Origin: Pseudomonadota bacterium
GTDB taxonomy: Bacteria > Pseudomonadota > Alphaproteobacteria > Rickettsiales > UBA3002
Length of the DNA: 64,000 nt
Assembly (NCBI GenBank): GCA_040384265.1
Contig: JAZKJM010000003.1
Span: 286,711-350,710 of the forward strand
Direction of reading: 5' to 3'
A program made the translations under genes and the position numbers. The stretch's first letter is position 1, and each line of letters opens with the position of its first letter. Shown piece after piece: positions 27,222 through 35,606 of this stretch. The notes under the pieces were generated by a model, which saw only the letters and a list, made by a program, of their open reading frames with translations, made no database searches and had not been told where the DNA came from.

Positions 27222-28076
27222 ATGACCATGAAACCACGCCACCGCCTTGCTGTTGATGCCGCCCTTGCGGCAGGTGGCTCAGTGACGCTTGAGGGCAATG
27301 CGGCGCATTACCTTGGCCATGTGGTGCGCCTTGGCGCGGGTGACGCGGTGGCGCTGTTCAACCGCACGGATGGCGAATGGTATGCGCGCATTGCGCAGGT
27401 GAACAAGCGCTCGCTGGTGTTGGCGGTGGAAATGCAGCTGCGCGCGCCGGTGACGCCGCTGGGACTCACCGTATGTTTCGCGCCGATCAAAGGCGGGCGG
27501 ATGGAGACAATCATCGAGAAAGCGACGGAGCTGGGGGCGAGCGTGCTGCAGCCGGTTATCACCGCGCGGACGATTGTCGATAAGGTGAATATCGACCGCG
27601 CGACCGCGATTGCGCGCGAAGCGGCGGAGCAGTGCGAGCGCATCGACTGGCCGGAAATTCGTGAGCCGGTGAAATTGCTGACGCTGCTTGGCAGCTGGCC
27701 GGACAATGTGCCGTTGATGTATGGGGATGAGAGCGGGGCGAGCGCGTCGGTGACGAGTGCGCTTTTGTCGTTCGGTGCGCGCGTAGCCGAAGGCGAGCCG
27801 GAGCGCAGCGAACGAGGGGGAGCGGTAGCGGGGGCGACTTCGCACCCTGCGGCACAGCCGCCAACTAAGAACTGGGCGGTTCTCGCCGGGCCGGAAGGCG
27901 GGTTCACGCCTGAGGAGTTTGCGGCACTGTCGCGGGTAAAAGCGGCGCAGGGCGTCGGACTTGGCCCGCGCATCTTGCGGGCGGACACCGCGGTCATTAC
28001 ATTGTGCGTCGCAACGCTTGCCGCGTGGGGCGATTGGGCCGCACGGCCACGCTTCGTCGCTGGGGGAGACCACTGA
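27222..28076 (+). CDS. rsmE: 16S rRNA (uracil1498-N3)-methyltransferase
   Basis: Conserved ...KGGRMETIIEKATELGA... and LAGPEGGFTPEE blocks. The track ORF starts at TTG 27186, but ATG 27222 is preferred. Contains an extra ~35-aa segment before GPEGG. Confidence 0.8.
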   Translation: MTMKPRHRLAVDAALAAGGSVTLEGNAAHYLGHVVRLGAGDAVALFNRTDGEWYARIAQVNKRSLVLAVEMQLRAPVTPLGLTVCFAPIKGGRMETIIEKATELGASVLQPVITARTIVDKVNIDRATAIAREAAEQCERIDWPEIREPVKLLTLLGSWPDNVPLMYGDESGASASVTSALLSFGARVAEGEPERSERGGAVAGATSHPAAQPPTKNWAVLAGPEGGFTPEEFAALSRVKAAQGVGLGPRILRADTAVITLCVATLAAWGDWAARPRFVAGGDH

Positions 28077-29338
28077 TGCTATTATCGACCGCGCAAACGA
28101 CTGCGCATGCGCAAGTGCTGGATCAATTGAAACAACTGACCGATACGCGCGGCGAGGAAATCGCCGCCTGGATGGATGCGCGGCGGATGGAAGGGGGCGC
28201 ACCGTTTTACTCCTCGGTGGATGTGCGGCATGCGGGCTTCAAGCTGGCGCCGGTGGATACGAATTTATTCCCGGCCGGGTTCAACCAGCTTTCGGTGGCG
28301 GCGCGGGCGCGGGCGGCAGCGCGGGTGAAGGCGCGGCTGACGCGCTATCAGACGGTGACGCGGATTTTGATCGTGCCGGAAAACCATACGCGCAATGTGG
28401 GCTATATCGATAATCTGGCGGCGCTGCAGGGCATCCTGCGCGATGCGGGGTGCGAGGTGGAAATCGGTAGCCTGGTTGCGACCGCGGCGCCGATCGAGGT
28501 GACGACATCGACCGGTGAAGTGCTCAAGGAAATGCCGCTTGCCCGCCATGGCAGTTTGCTGAAAACGGCGAGCGCTTTTTGCCCGCAGCTGATTGTGCTC
28601 AATAACGATCTCACCTCCGGCCTGCCGGATGTGCTGCGCGGCGTGGCGCAGCCGATTGCACCGCGGCCAAGCCAAGGCTGGCACCGGCGGCGCAAGTCGA
28701 TCCATTTCGAAGCGTATGATAAGCTGGCGCATGAATTCGCGACGGCGTTCTCGATCGATCCATGGACGATCACGACGGAATTCCATAAATGCGGGCGGGT
28801 GAATTTCGGTGAGAAACACGGGCTGGAATGCGTGGCGATGGGGGTGGAAAAAGTCATGCACCGCATCCGCACGCACTATGCGGAATATGGCATTACGGAT
28901 GAGCCGTATGTCTATGTGAAATCCGATTCCGGCACCTATGGCATGGGCATTATGACCGTGCGTTCGGGCGATGAGGTGATCGAGATCAACAAGAAGAACC
29001 GCAATAAAATGAACGTCATCAAGGAAGGCGTGGTCTCGACCGAGGTAATTATTCAAGAGGGCGTGCCGACGGTGGATGTGGTCGAGGGCGCGCCGGCGGA
29101 GCCAATGTTATATCTCGTCGATGGCCATGCGGTTGGCGGTGCTTACCGGGTGAATGACCAGCGCGATGCGACCAACAACCTGAACGCCACCGGCATGCGG
29201 TTTGTCGGCATGTGCGACGAGGGCGAGGGCGGCAAAGTCGCCATGCCGTCATGCCGGTTCGGCTCGCTCGGGCTCATCGCCGAACTGGCTTCTCTTGCGG
29301 CACCGCGGGAGGAATACGGCGAGAGTTACTCGATTTGA
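28076..29338 (+). CDS. gshA: glutamate--cysteine ligase, small proteobacterial GshA family (tentative)
   Basis: N-terminal FYSSVDVRHAGFKLAPVDTNLFPAGFN resembles my recollection of the Pfam GshA (PF08886) family. Start MLLSTAQ overlaps the rsmE stop (TGATG). The assignment is from memory and not verified. Confidence 0.55.
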   Translation: MLLSTAQTTAHAQVLDQLKQLTDTRGEEIAAWMDARRMEGGAPFYSSVDVRHAGFKLAPVDTNLFPAGFNQLSVAARARAAARVKARLTRYQTVTRILIVPENHTRNVGYIDNLAALQGILRDAGCEVEIGSLVATAAPIEVTTSTGEVLKEMPLARHGSLLKTASAFCPQLIVLNNDLTSGLPDVLRGVAQPIAPRPSQGWHRRRKSIHFEAYDKLAHEFATAFSIDPWTITTEFHKCGRVNFGEKHGLECVAMGVEKVMHRIRTHYAEYGITDEPYVYVKSDSGTYGMGIMTVRSGDEVIEINKKNRNKMNVIKEGVVSTEVIIQEGVPTVDVVEGAPAEPMLYLVDGHAVGGAYRVNDQRDATNNLNATGMRFVGMCDEGEGGKVAMPSCRFGSLGLIAELASLAAPREEYGESYSI

Positions 29339-29343
29339 TGGGG

Positions 29344-31104
29344 TTACTTCACCCGGCTTTCGGGGAAGATGACGCGGACGGTGGTGCCGACGCCGACTTC
29401 GCTGGTGAGCTGGAGTTTGCCGCCGTGGAGTTCTGCAAACATTTTGCATAGTGGCAGGCCAAGGCCCGTGCCTTCGTGGCTTTGGCTGCGATGGACCTGG
29501 CCGAAGACGGCGAGTGCGGTGGCGATGTCGTTCTCGGGAATGCCGATGCCGGTATCGCTGACGACCAGATGCATCTGGCGGTGGTGATCGATGCGGATGC
29601 TGATGGCGATGGTGCCATGGGCGGGGGTGAATTTGATTGCGTTGCTGAGTAGGTTGAGCAGGATCTGGCGCACTTTGCGTTTGTCGGCCATGAGGATCGG
29701 CACGGTTTCCGGGAACTCGGCGGTGAGGGTGATGTGCTTGGCCTTGGCGCGCTCACCGACGATGCGGCGTGATTCTTCGACCGCGCGGCGCATGTCGATT
29801 TCTTCTTCGTAGAGCTCGAGTTTACCGGCTTCGCCTTTGCTGAATTCGAGGATATCCGAAATGAGCTGCAGCAAATGCGTGCCGCAGAGATTGATGTCCT
29901 GCACGCGCTCTTTTTGCTTGTCGTTGAGCGCGCCGAAATAACCCGCGCCGAGCATTTCCGAAAAGCCGATGACGGCGTTAAGCGGCGTGCGCAATTCGTG
30001 CGACATGTTGGCGAGGAACTCGGATTTTGCCTGGCTTGCAAGGATAGCGGCGGACTCGGATTCCTCCACCCGCATGATCTGGCGGGCCATGTTAAGCGCG
30101 AAATACGACAGCACCGACCCGAAGATGGTGAAGATGGCGAGGAAGGAAATATCCTTGCCGCGGGCGATGCGCCAGCTGCTCAGGAAATCTTTTTCGTCGA
30201 TGACGACGGCGGTGATGATCGGCAGGTTTTTCAGCCGCGCATAGGCGTAGATTTTGATCGCGCTGTCGAAGGTTTTGGTGTCGGTGACGATGGCGCTATC
30301 CTTGCCATGGGTGCGCGCGTGCTCGCCGATAAAATCGATCACGCTGTCGCGGCTTGGGTCGTCGCGCGGGCCGGTGAACAGGGTGGTGCCATCATCGAGC
30401 ATGAGCGACATGAAACGGTTGCTGCCCTGATCGACCGAGGCGAAAAAGTCGCTGAAAAATTGCGGGTCAACGGCGGCGATGATGACACCGCCGAAGCTGC
30501 CATCCAGCTTGGTGATGCGGCGGCTCATGACGATCACCTGCGGGTGTTCTTTGCTGCGCGTGCGTTGCTGGCCGATGAAAATGCTGCGCTCGCCATCGTT
30601 CTTCATGGCGATGAAGGCGGGGTCGTTCTCGACTGAATCGGCGTAGTTATACCAGCGGTCGTAGCCTTTTTTATTGGCGGCGACCTCGATGGCGCCGCGC
30701 TCATTCACCAGCATCAGCGCGGCGATTTGCGGCGTTTCATCGACCCAGAGGCGGAAATTGTTTTCGATATCGTGCGGCAAATTACCGCCGAACATGGTGT
30801 TGAAATATTGCCGCTCAACCGCGCGGTGCAGCATGAGGTCGACCGCGAGGAAGGTGAGATCGACCTGATCGGACAGGATGCGGGTGAGGCGGGTGGCGTT
30901 GGTTTTTCCGTCCTCGATCGAGCGCTCATAGGCCTTGGAGGCCTGATAGGCGACGAAGACGCAGAACAGCAGCATAATGAGCACCGAAAACGCGATCAGC
31001 GTCTTGGCTTTGGGCGAACGGCCGCGGCCCACCGCCATCCGGGGGGTCATATGCGTCGTTGCGTCACTGCGGTCACTCTTTTCCATGCTGTGGTCACTAT
31101 GCAC
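29344..31104 (-). CDS. sensor histidine kinase with periplasmic Cache-like domain (no adjacent response regulator)
   Basis: 586 aa. Two TM segments flank a ~270-aa extracytoplasmic region. H-box SHELRTPLN, N-box LLSNAIKF, G-boxes DTGIGI and GTGLGL. Confidence 0.85.
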   Translation of the reverse strand: MHSDHSMEKSDRSDATTHMTPRMAVGRGRSPKAKTLIAFSVLIMLLFCVFVAYQASKAYERSIEDGKTNATRLTRILSDQVDLTFLAVDLMLHRAVERQYFNTMFGGNLPHDIENNFRLWVDETPQIAALMLVNERGAIEVAANKKGYDRWYNYADSVENDPAFIAMKNDGERSIFIGQQRTRSKEHPQVIVMSRRITKLDGSFGGVIIAAVDPQFFSDFFASVDQGSNRFMSLMLDDGTTLFTGPRDDPSRDSVIDFIGEHARTHGKDSAIVTDTKTFDSAIKIYAYARLKNLPIITAVVIDEKDFLSSWRIARGKDISFLAIFTIFGSVLSYFALNMARQIMRVEESESAAILASQAKSEFLANMSHELRTPLNAVIGFSEMLGAGYFGALNDKQKERVQDINLCGTHLLQLISDILEFSKGEAGKLELYEEEIDMRRAVEESRRIVGERAKAKHITLTAEFPETVPILMADKRKVRQILLNLLSNAIKFTPAHGTIAISIRIDHHRQMHLVVSDTGIGIPENDIATALAVFGQVHRSQSHEGTGLGLPLCKMFAELHGGKLQLTSEVGVGTTVRVIFPESRVK

Positions 31105-31304
31105 GGCGCATGTTAAAAAAACGCTAAGAAATCATTGCGATAGGGTTAGGATTTGGCTTTATTTGCAGATAGGCGAATGGGTTTTTAACCGCATAAGTTA
31201 TTCACTTTTATCATGATAGTGCGTTATTTCAGCAAAAATGGCGGGTGGCTGCCCTGCGCATTTTTTGCTGGGGTTTTTGGGTGCGGATTGCTACTGTTTA
31301 GGGA

Positions 31305-32834
31305 ATGGTTACACGCATTCACACGGTCGCTTTTCAGGGAATTGAGACCTTGCCGGTCGAGGTGCAGGCGCATTTGGGCAATGGGTTGCCGGCGTTTACC
31401 ATTGTGGGGCTGCCGGACAAAGCGGTCGCTGAATCGCGCGAGCGGGTGCGGGCAGCGTTGAGCTCGATGGGCATGCAGCTGCCTGCAAAAAAAATCCTGG
31501 TGAACCTGGCCCCGGCCGATGTGCAAAAAGAAGGCTCGCATTTCGATGTGCCGATTGCGCTGGCGCTATTGGTGGCACTTGGATTTATTCCGGCGGATGC
31601 GCTGGAGGGGTTTGTGGCGCTGGGCGAGCTGGCGCTCGATGGACAATTGCAGCCAGTGGCGGGCGTGTTGCCCGCGGCGCTGGGCGCATCGGCGCAAAAC
31701 AAGGGCATTATCTGCCCGGCGCAAAATGGTGCGGAGGCCGCCTTCGCGGGGGATATCGATATTCTGGCGCCGCATTCGCTGCTGGCGCTGATTAACCATG
31801 TGAAGGGCCAGCAAGTGCTGGCGCGGCCGCAAGCGGCGATGCTGGTGGCGGATCACAAAGGGCCGGATCTGGCGGAGGTGCGCGGGCAGGCGGTGGCCAA
31901 GCGCGCGCTCGAAATTGCGGCGGCGGGCGGGCATAATCTGCTGATGATCGGGCCGCCGGGCTCGGGAAAATCGATGCTGGCGGCGTGTTTGCCATCCATC
32001 CTGCCGCCGATGTCGGCGGAGGAAATGCTGGAGACGAACCTCATCGCTTCGGTCGCGGGTAAGCTGGTGAAGGGCGCCTTCGCGGGTGCGCGGCCCTTCC
32101 GCGACCCGCACCATTCAAGCTCGATGGCCTCGATGGTGGGCGGCGGCAGGCGGGCGGTGCCCGGCGAGATTTCGCTGTCGCATCATGGCGTGCTGTTTAT
32201 GGATGAGCTGCCGGAATATCCGCGTGGTGTGCTGGAATCGCTGCGCCAGCCGCTCGAAACCGGGCAGATTTCCATCGCCCGGGTGGAGGCGCATGTGACG
32301 TATCCCGCGCGTTTCCAGCTGATTGCGGCGATGAACCCGTGCAAATGCGGGTATCTCGATGATGCGGGCCGGGCCTGCAACAAAGCGCCGCGCTGCGCGG
32401 GAGATTATCAGGGCCGGATTTCCGGGCCGCTGCTCGACCGGATCGATTTGCATGTCGATGTGCCAGCGGTGGATACGTTGTCGATGCTGACGCCGGCGAT
32501 GGCGGAATCAAGCGCCGTGGTGGCGGCACGGGTGGCGCAGGCGCGGCAGGTGCAGGCGGCGCGGTTTGCGCGCATGAAGCTGAGCGCGCGCACCAACGCG
32601 CAGGTGAGCGGCGATGCGCTGCAACAGTTGGTGCCGCTCGATGCGCACGGTCAGGCGCTGCTTGAAAATGCAACGAAAACACTGCAGCTTTCGATGCGCG
32701 GGTTGACGCGGGTGCTGCGCATCGCGCGCACGATTGCCGATCTGGAACGGGCGGAGGATGTGAGCCGCACGCATTTGGCGGAAGCGCTTTCCTACCGCCA
32801 GCAACCGCAAGGGAGATTCCTCAATGCCGCATGA
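31305..32834 (+). CDS. comM: YifB/ComM family Mg-chelatase-like ATPase
   Basis: 509 aa. Lon-protease-like N-terminal domain, Walker A GPPGSGKS, Walker B VLFMDEL, and the zinc-ribbon-like segment PCKCGY...C..C. Confidence 0.9.
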   Translation: MVTRIHTVAFQGIETLPVEVQAHLGNGLPAFTIVGLPDKAVAESRERVRAALSSMGMQLPAKKILVNLAPADVQKEGSHFDVPIALALLVALGFIPADALEGFVALGELALDGQLQPVAGVLPAALGASAQNKGIICPAQNGAEAAFAGDIDILAPHSLLALINHVKGQQVLARPQAAMLVADHKGPDLAEVRGQAVAKRALEIAAAGGHNLLMIGPPGSGKSMLAACLPSILPPMSAEEMLETNLIASVAGKLVKGAFAGARPFRDPHHSSSMASMVGGGRRAVPGEISLSHHGVLFMDELPEYPRGVLESLRQPLETGQISIARVEAHVTYPARFQLIAAMNPCKCGYLDDAGRACNKAPRCAGDYQGRISGPLLDRIDLHVDVPAVDTLSMLTPAMAESSAVVAARVAQARQVQAARFARMKLSARTNAQVSGDALQQLVPLDAHGQALLENATKTLQLSMRGLTRVLRIARTIADLERAEDVSRTHLAEALSYRQQPQGRFLNAA

Positions 32835-33345
32835 GATGGACATGGTGACGCAAGCCACACACGCCGACTGCGAGGCGGTGGCGGCGCTCGCCACGCGCAC
32901 GTTTATCGACACGTTCGGCCATCTCTACACGGCGGAAAACCGGGATGCGCATCTGGCCAGTTATTTTAGCCCGGCGTTTTTCAAGGACGCGCTCGATAGT
33001 GGCGACACGCTGCTGATGCTGCATGATGGCGCGGTGCTGATCGGCTATTGCAAAATTGGCCGCGTGCGTTTGCCGGTGAAGCCCATTCCCGCGGGGGCGC
33101 AGGAAATCCACCGGGTGTATGTCGATAAGCCGTACCAGGGGCGCGGGCTGGGCAAGGCGCTGATGCTGCATATCCTGTCGCTGCCACGCATCGCGACGGC
33201 ACCGGTGGTGTATCTGGGCGTATGGGAAGAAAACCTGAAAGCGCAGGCGCTGTATAAGCAGTATCACTTCGTGCCGAAGGGGCATTATCTCTATCAGGTG
33301 GGTGACCAGTTCGATAAGGAAATCATCATGGCGCGGGTGCGCTAA
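32824..33345 (+). CDS. GNAT family N-acetyltransferase
   Basis: 173 aa. Acetyl-CoA binding motif A-like block [11 protein letters not shown]. Confidence 0.75.
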   Translation: MPHEMDMVTQATHADCEAVAALATRTFIDTFGHLYTAENRDAHLASYFSPAFFKDALDSGDTLLMLHDGAVLIGYCKIGRVRLPVKPIPAGAQEIHRVYVDKPYQGRGLGKALMLHILSLPRIATAPVVYLGVWEENLKAQALYKQYHFVPKGHYLYQVGDQFDKEIIMARVR

Positions 33346-34124
33346 ACGGCGACGGTGATAAGCCCGGTTTGCGGCGAGCTGGCGCTGGCATGGGTGCGTT
33401 TTTCCATGCGGCCGGCGCGGTAGGCGAGGCGGCCGGATTCAACAGCAAGTTTCATGGCGGTGGCCATCATGATGGGGTCGCGGCTTTCCGCAATCGCGGT
33501 GTTCATCAGCACGCCGTCGCAGCCCAGCTCCATGGCAATGGCAGCATCCGACGCGGTGCCGACTCCGGCATCCACCAGCACGGGAATGCGCGATTGCTCG
33601 ACGATCAGGCGGATATTGAGCGGGTTCTGGATGCCAAGGCCCGAGCCAATGGGTGCGGCAAGCGGCATGATGGCGGCCACACCGAGCGCCTCGAATTTGC
33701 GGGCGCTAATGGGGTCGTCGTTGGTGTAGACCATCACCTCGAACCCTTCGTTCACGAGGGTTTCGGCAGCTTTCAGGGTTTCTTCGACATCCGGGAACAG
33801 GCTGGTTTTGTCGCCGATCACTTCGAGTTTGACTAACGTCCAGCCGCCGAGCTCGCGGGCGAGGCGCAGGGTGCGCACGGCGTCATCCGCGGTGTAGCAC
33901 CCGGCGGAATTGGGCAAATACGTGTAACGCTCGGGCGGAATGGCGGCGCGCAAACTATCACCGCCGGTGGCGGCAAGGTTCACCCGGCGCAGGGCGACGG
34001 TGACGATTTCCGCGCCCGAGGCTTCAATTGCCTGCTGTGTTTGCTGCATATCGGCGTATTTGCCGGTGCCGACGAGCAGGCGCGAGGAAAAGCTACGGCC
34101 AGCGATGATGAGGGGATCCTGCAT
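33342..34124 (-). CDS. thiG: thiazole synthase
   Basis: 260 aa. The blocks [14 protein letters not shown] and KLEVIGD are typical of ThiG. Start overlaps the thiS stop (ATGA). Confidence 0.9.
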   Translation of the reverse strand: MQDPLIIAGRSFSSRLLVGTGKYADMQQTQQAIEASGAEIVTVALRRVNLAATGGDSLRAAIPPERYTYLPNSAGCYTADDAVRTLRLARELGGWTLVKLEVIGDKTSLFPDVEETLKAAETLVNEGFEVMVYTNDDPISARKFEALGVAAIMPLAAPIGSGLGIQNPLNIRLIVEQSRIPVLVDAGVGTASDAAIAMELGCDGVLMNTAIAESRDPIMMATAMKLAVESGRLAYRAGRMEKRTHASASSPQTGLITVAV

Positions 34125-34348
34125 CAGCCACCGCCGATGAAGCCGACGATTTCGATGGCGTCGCGGTCGTGGATGGGGGTGGTGGCGTAGGCGCTGCGCG
34201 GGACGATGGCGAGGTTTTGCTCAATAGCGACGGCTTTGGGGTCCAGCGCAAGCTGGGCGACAAGGTCACGGATGCAGGAATTCGACGGCAGCGCATGGGG
34301 CTGGCCGTTGAGGGTGATTTGCAGATGCGCGGCGGCTGTGCTAGACAT
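34124..34348 (-). CDS. thiS: sulfur carrier protein ThiS
   Basis: 74 aa from [15 protein letters not shown]..., ending ...IVGFIGGG (C-terminal GG). AGGAAA lies 7 nt upstream of ATG 34348. The longer track ORF (to 34438) runs through an intergenic repeat. Confidence 0.8.
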   Translation of the reverse strand: MSSTAAAHLQITLNGQPHALPSNSCIRDLVAQLALDPKAVAIEQNLAIVPRSAYATTPIHDRDAIEIVGFIGGG

Positions 34349-34350
34349 AG

Positions 34351-34452
34351 AGTGTTTCCTAATTAGATTCGCTCGCTTCGCGGCGCAAAACCACTGCTTT
34401 CGGCAGTGATTTTGATAGTATTTCCGAATGAAGGTCATTCGGAAATACTATG
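34351..34452 (+). repeat. two-hairpin intergenic element, copy 1 (upstream of aroQ)
   Basis: Shares with 58044-58145 the conserved block TCGCTCGCTTCGCGGC, a variable but paired hairpin 1 (CAAAACCACTGC/GCAGTGATTTTG), and an identical hairpin 2 AGTATTTCCGAAT-N7-ATTCGGAAATACT (34417-34449). Confidence 0.85.
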
Positions 34453-34497
34453 GCATATTTAAGGCATTTCATACGACTGTGCAAGAAACGAGGCAGT

Positions 34498-34932
34498 ATG
34501 CGCACGACGATTACCATCCTGAACGGGCCAAATCTGAACATGCTGGGCCAGCGTGAGCCGGAGATTTATGGCCATGTGACGCTGGCGGACATCGAAGCGT
34601 TGTGCGCGGAAGCGGCAGCGCAGCACGGGTTTACGCTGGTGTTCAAGCAGACCAACCATGAGGGCGAGCTGGTGGAATGGACGCAGGCAGCGGGGCGCGA
34701 CTCGGCGGGGCTTATTATCAATGCAGGGGCCTATACCCATACGTCGGTGGCGCTGCATGATGCGCTGAAAACGGTGGGCGTGCCGATCATCGAGGTGCAT
34801 ATTTCCAATATCTACCAGCGCGAGCCGTTCCGGCATCATTCCTATATTTCGCCACTGGCGAAGGGGGTGATTTGCGGGCTGGGGCCGCAGGGCTATGTGC
34901 TGGCGATTGCGGCGCTGGCGGGTTTGAAATAG
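34498..34932 (+). CDS. aroQ: type II 3-dehydroquinate dehydratase
   Basis: Start at [25 protein letters not shown] (34498). The HISNI active-site block is present. Confidence 0.9.
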   Translation: MRTTITILNGPNLNMLGQREPEIYGHVTLADIEALCAEAAAQHGFTLVFKQTNHEGELVEWTQAAGRDSAGLIINAGAYTHTSVALHDALKTVGVPIIEVHISNIYQREPFRHHSYISPLAKGVICGLGPQGYVLAIAALAGLK

Positions 34933-34937
34933 CGCCG

Positions 34938-35606
34938 ATGAGCGAGGAGAACGTCACCCTCACGCCCGATATGCTGCTTGCGGCGTACCGCAATGGCTAT
35001 TTTCCGATGGCGCTCGAAAAGGACGATCCGGAGCTTTACTGGTTTTGCCCGGAGGAACGCGGTGTGCTGCCGATTGCCGGGTTCAACATTCCGCGCGGGC
35101 TGCAGCGGTCGATGAAGAAACATACCTATACGGTGACGGTCGATACGCAGTTCGAGGCGGTGATTCGCGCCTGTGGGACGCTGACTCCGGCGCGGCACGA
35201 GACATGGATCAACGAGCAGATCGTGGCGCTTTACACGGCGCTGCATGCGCAAGGTGATGCGCATTCGGTGGAAGTGTGGCGCGACGATGAGCTGGTGGGC
35301 GGGCTGTATGGCGTGAGCATTGGCGGCGCGTTTTTTGGCGAGAGCATGTTCTCGAAAGCAACGGATGCGAGCAAGATCGCGCTCGTCACGCTGGTCGAAA
35401 TTCTGGCGGAGGCGGGCTATGTGCTGCTCGACACGCAGTATGTGAACGACCATCTGAAACAATTCGGGGTCGAGGCGGTGGCGAAGCGCAGCTACATGAC
35501 AAAGTTGGAAAAGGCCCTGAGTGCTTCGCCCAACCCGTCGATTTTTTTCTCGACCGTATCGGTGCGCAAGGGTGCGGCTTCCTCGTCGAGTGCGAGCAGC
35601 ACCTGA
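34938..35606 (+). CDS. aat: leucyl/phenylalanyl-tRNA--protein transferase
   Basis: Start at MSEENVTL (34938). GYFPMA, WFCPEERGVLP and LVGGLYGVSIGGAFFGESMFS blocks. The 3' end overlaps convergent ppx by 115 nt. Confidence 0.85.
   Translation: MSEENVTLTPDMLLAAYRNGYFPMALEKDDPELYWFCPEERGVLPIAGFNIPRGLQRSMKKHTYTVTVDTQFEAVIRACGTLTPARHETWINEQIVALYTALHAQGDAHSVEVWRDDELVGGLYGVSIGGAFFGESMFSKATDASKIALVTLVEILAEAGYVLLDTQYVNDHLKQFGVEAVAKRSYMTKLEKALSASPNPSIFFSTVSVRKGAASSSSASST

Noticed and set aside
34349-34497. Expected a TPP (THI-box) riboswitch upstream of thiS-thiG.
   Set aside because: The conserved CTGAGA and ACCTGATCTGGATAATGCCAGCG-type cores were not found on the thiS strand. The space is instead occupied by the two-hairpin repeat element.
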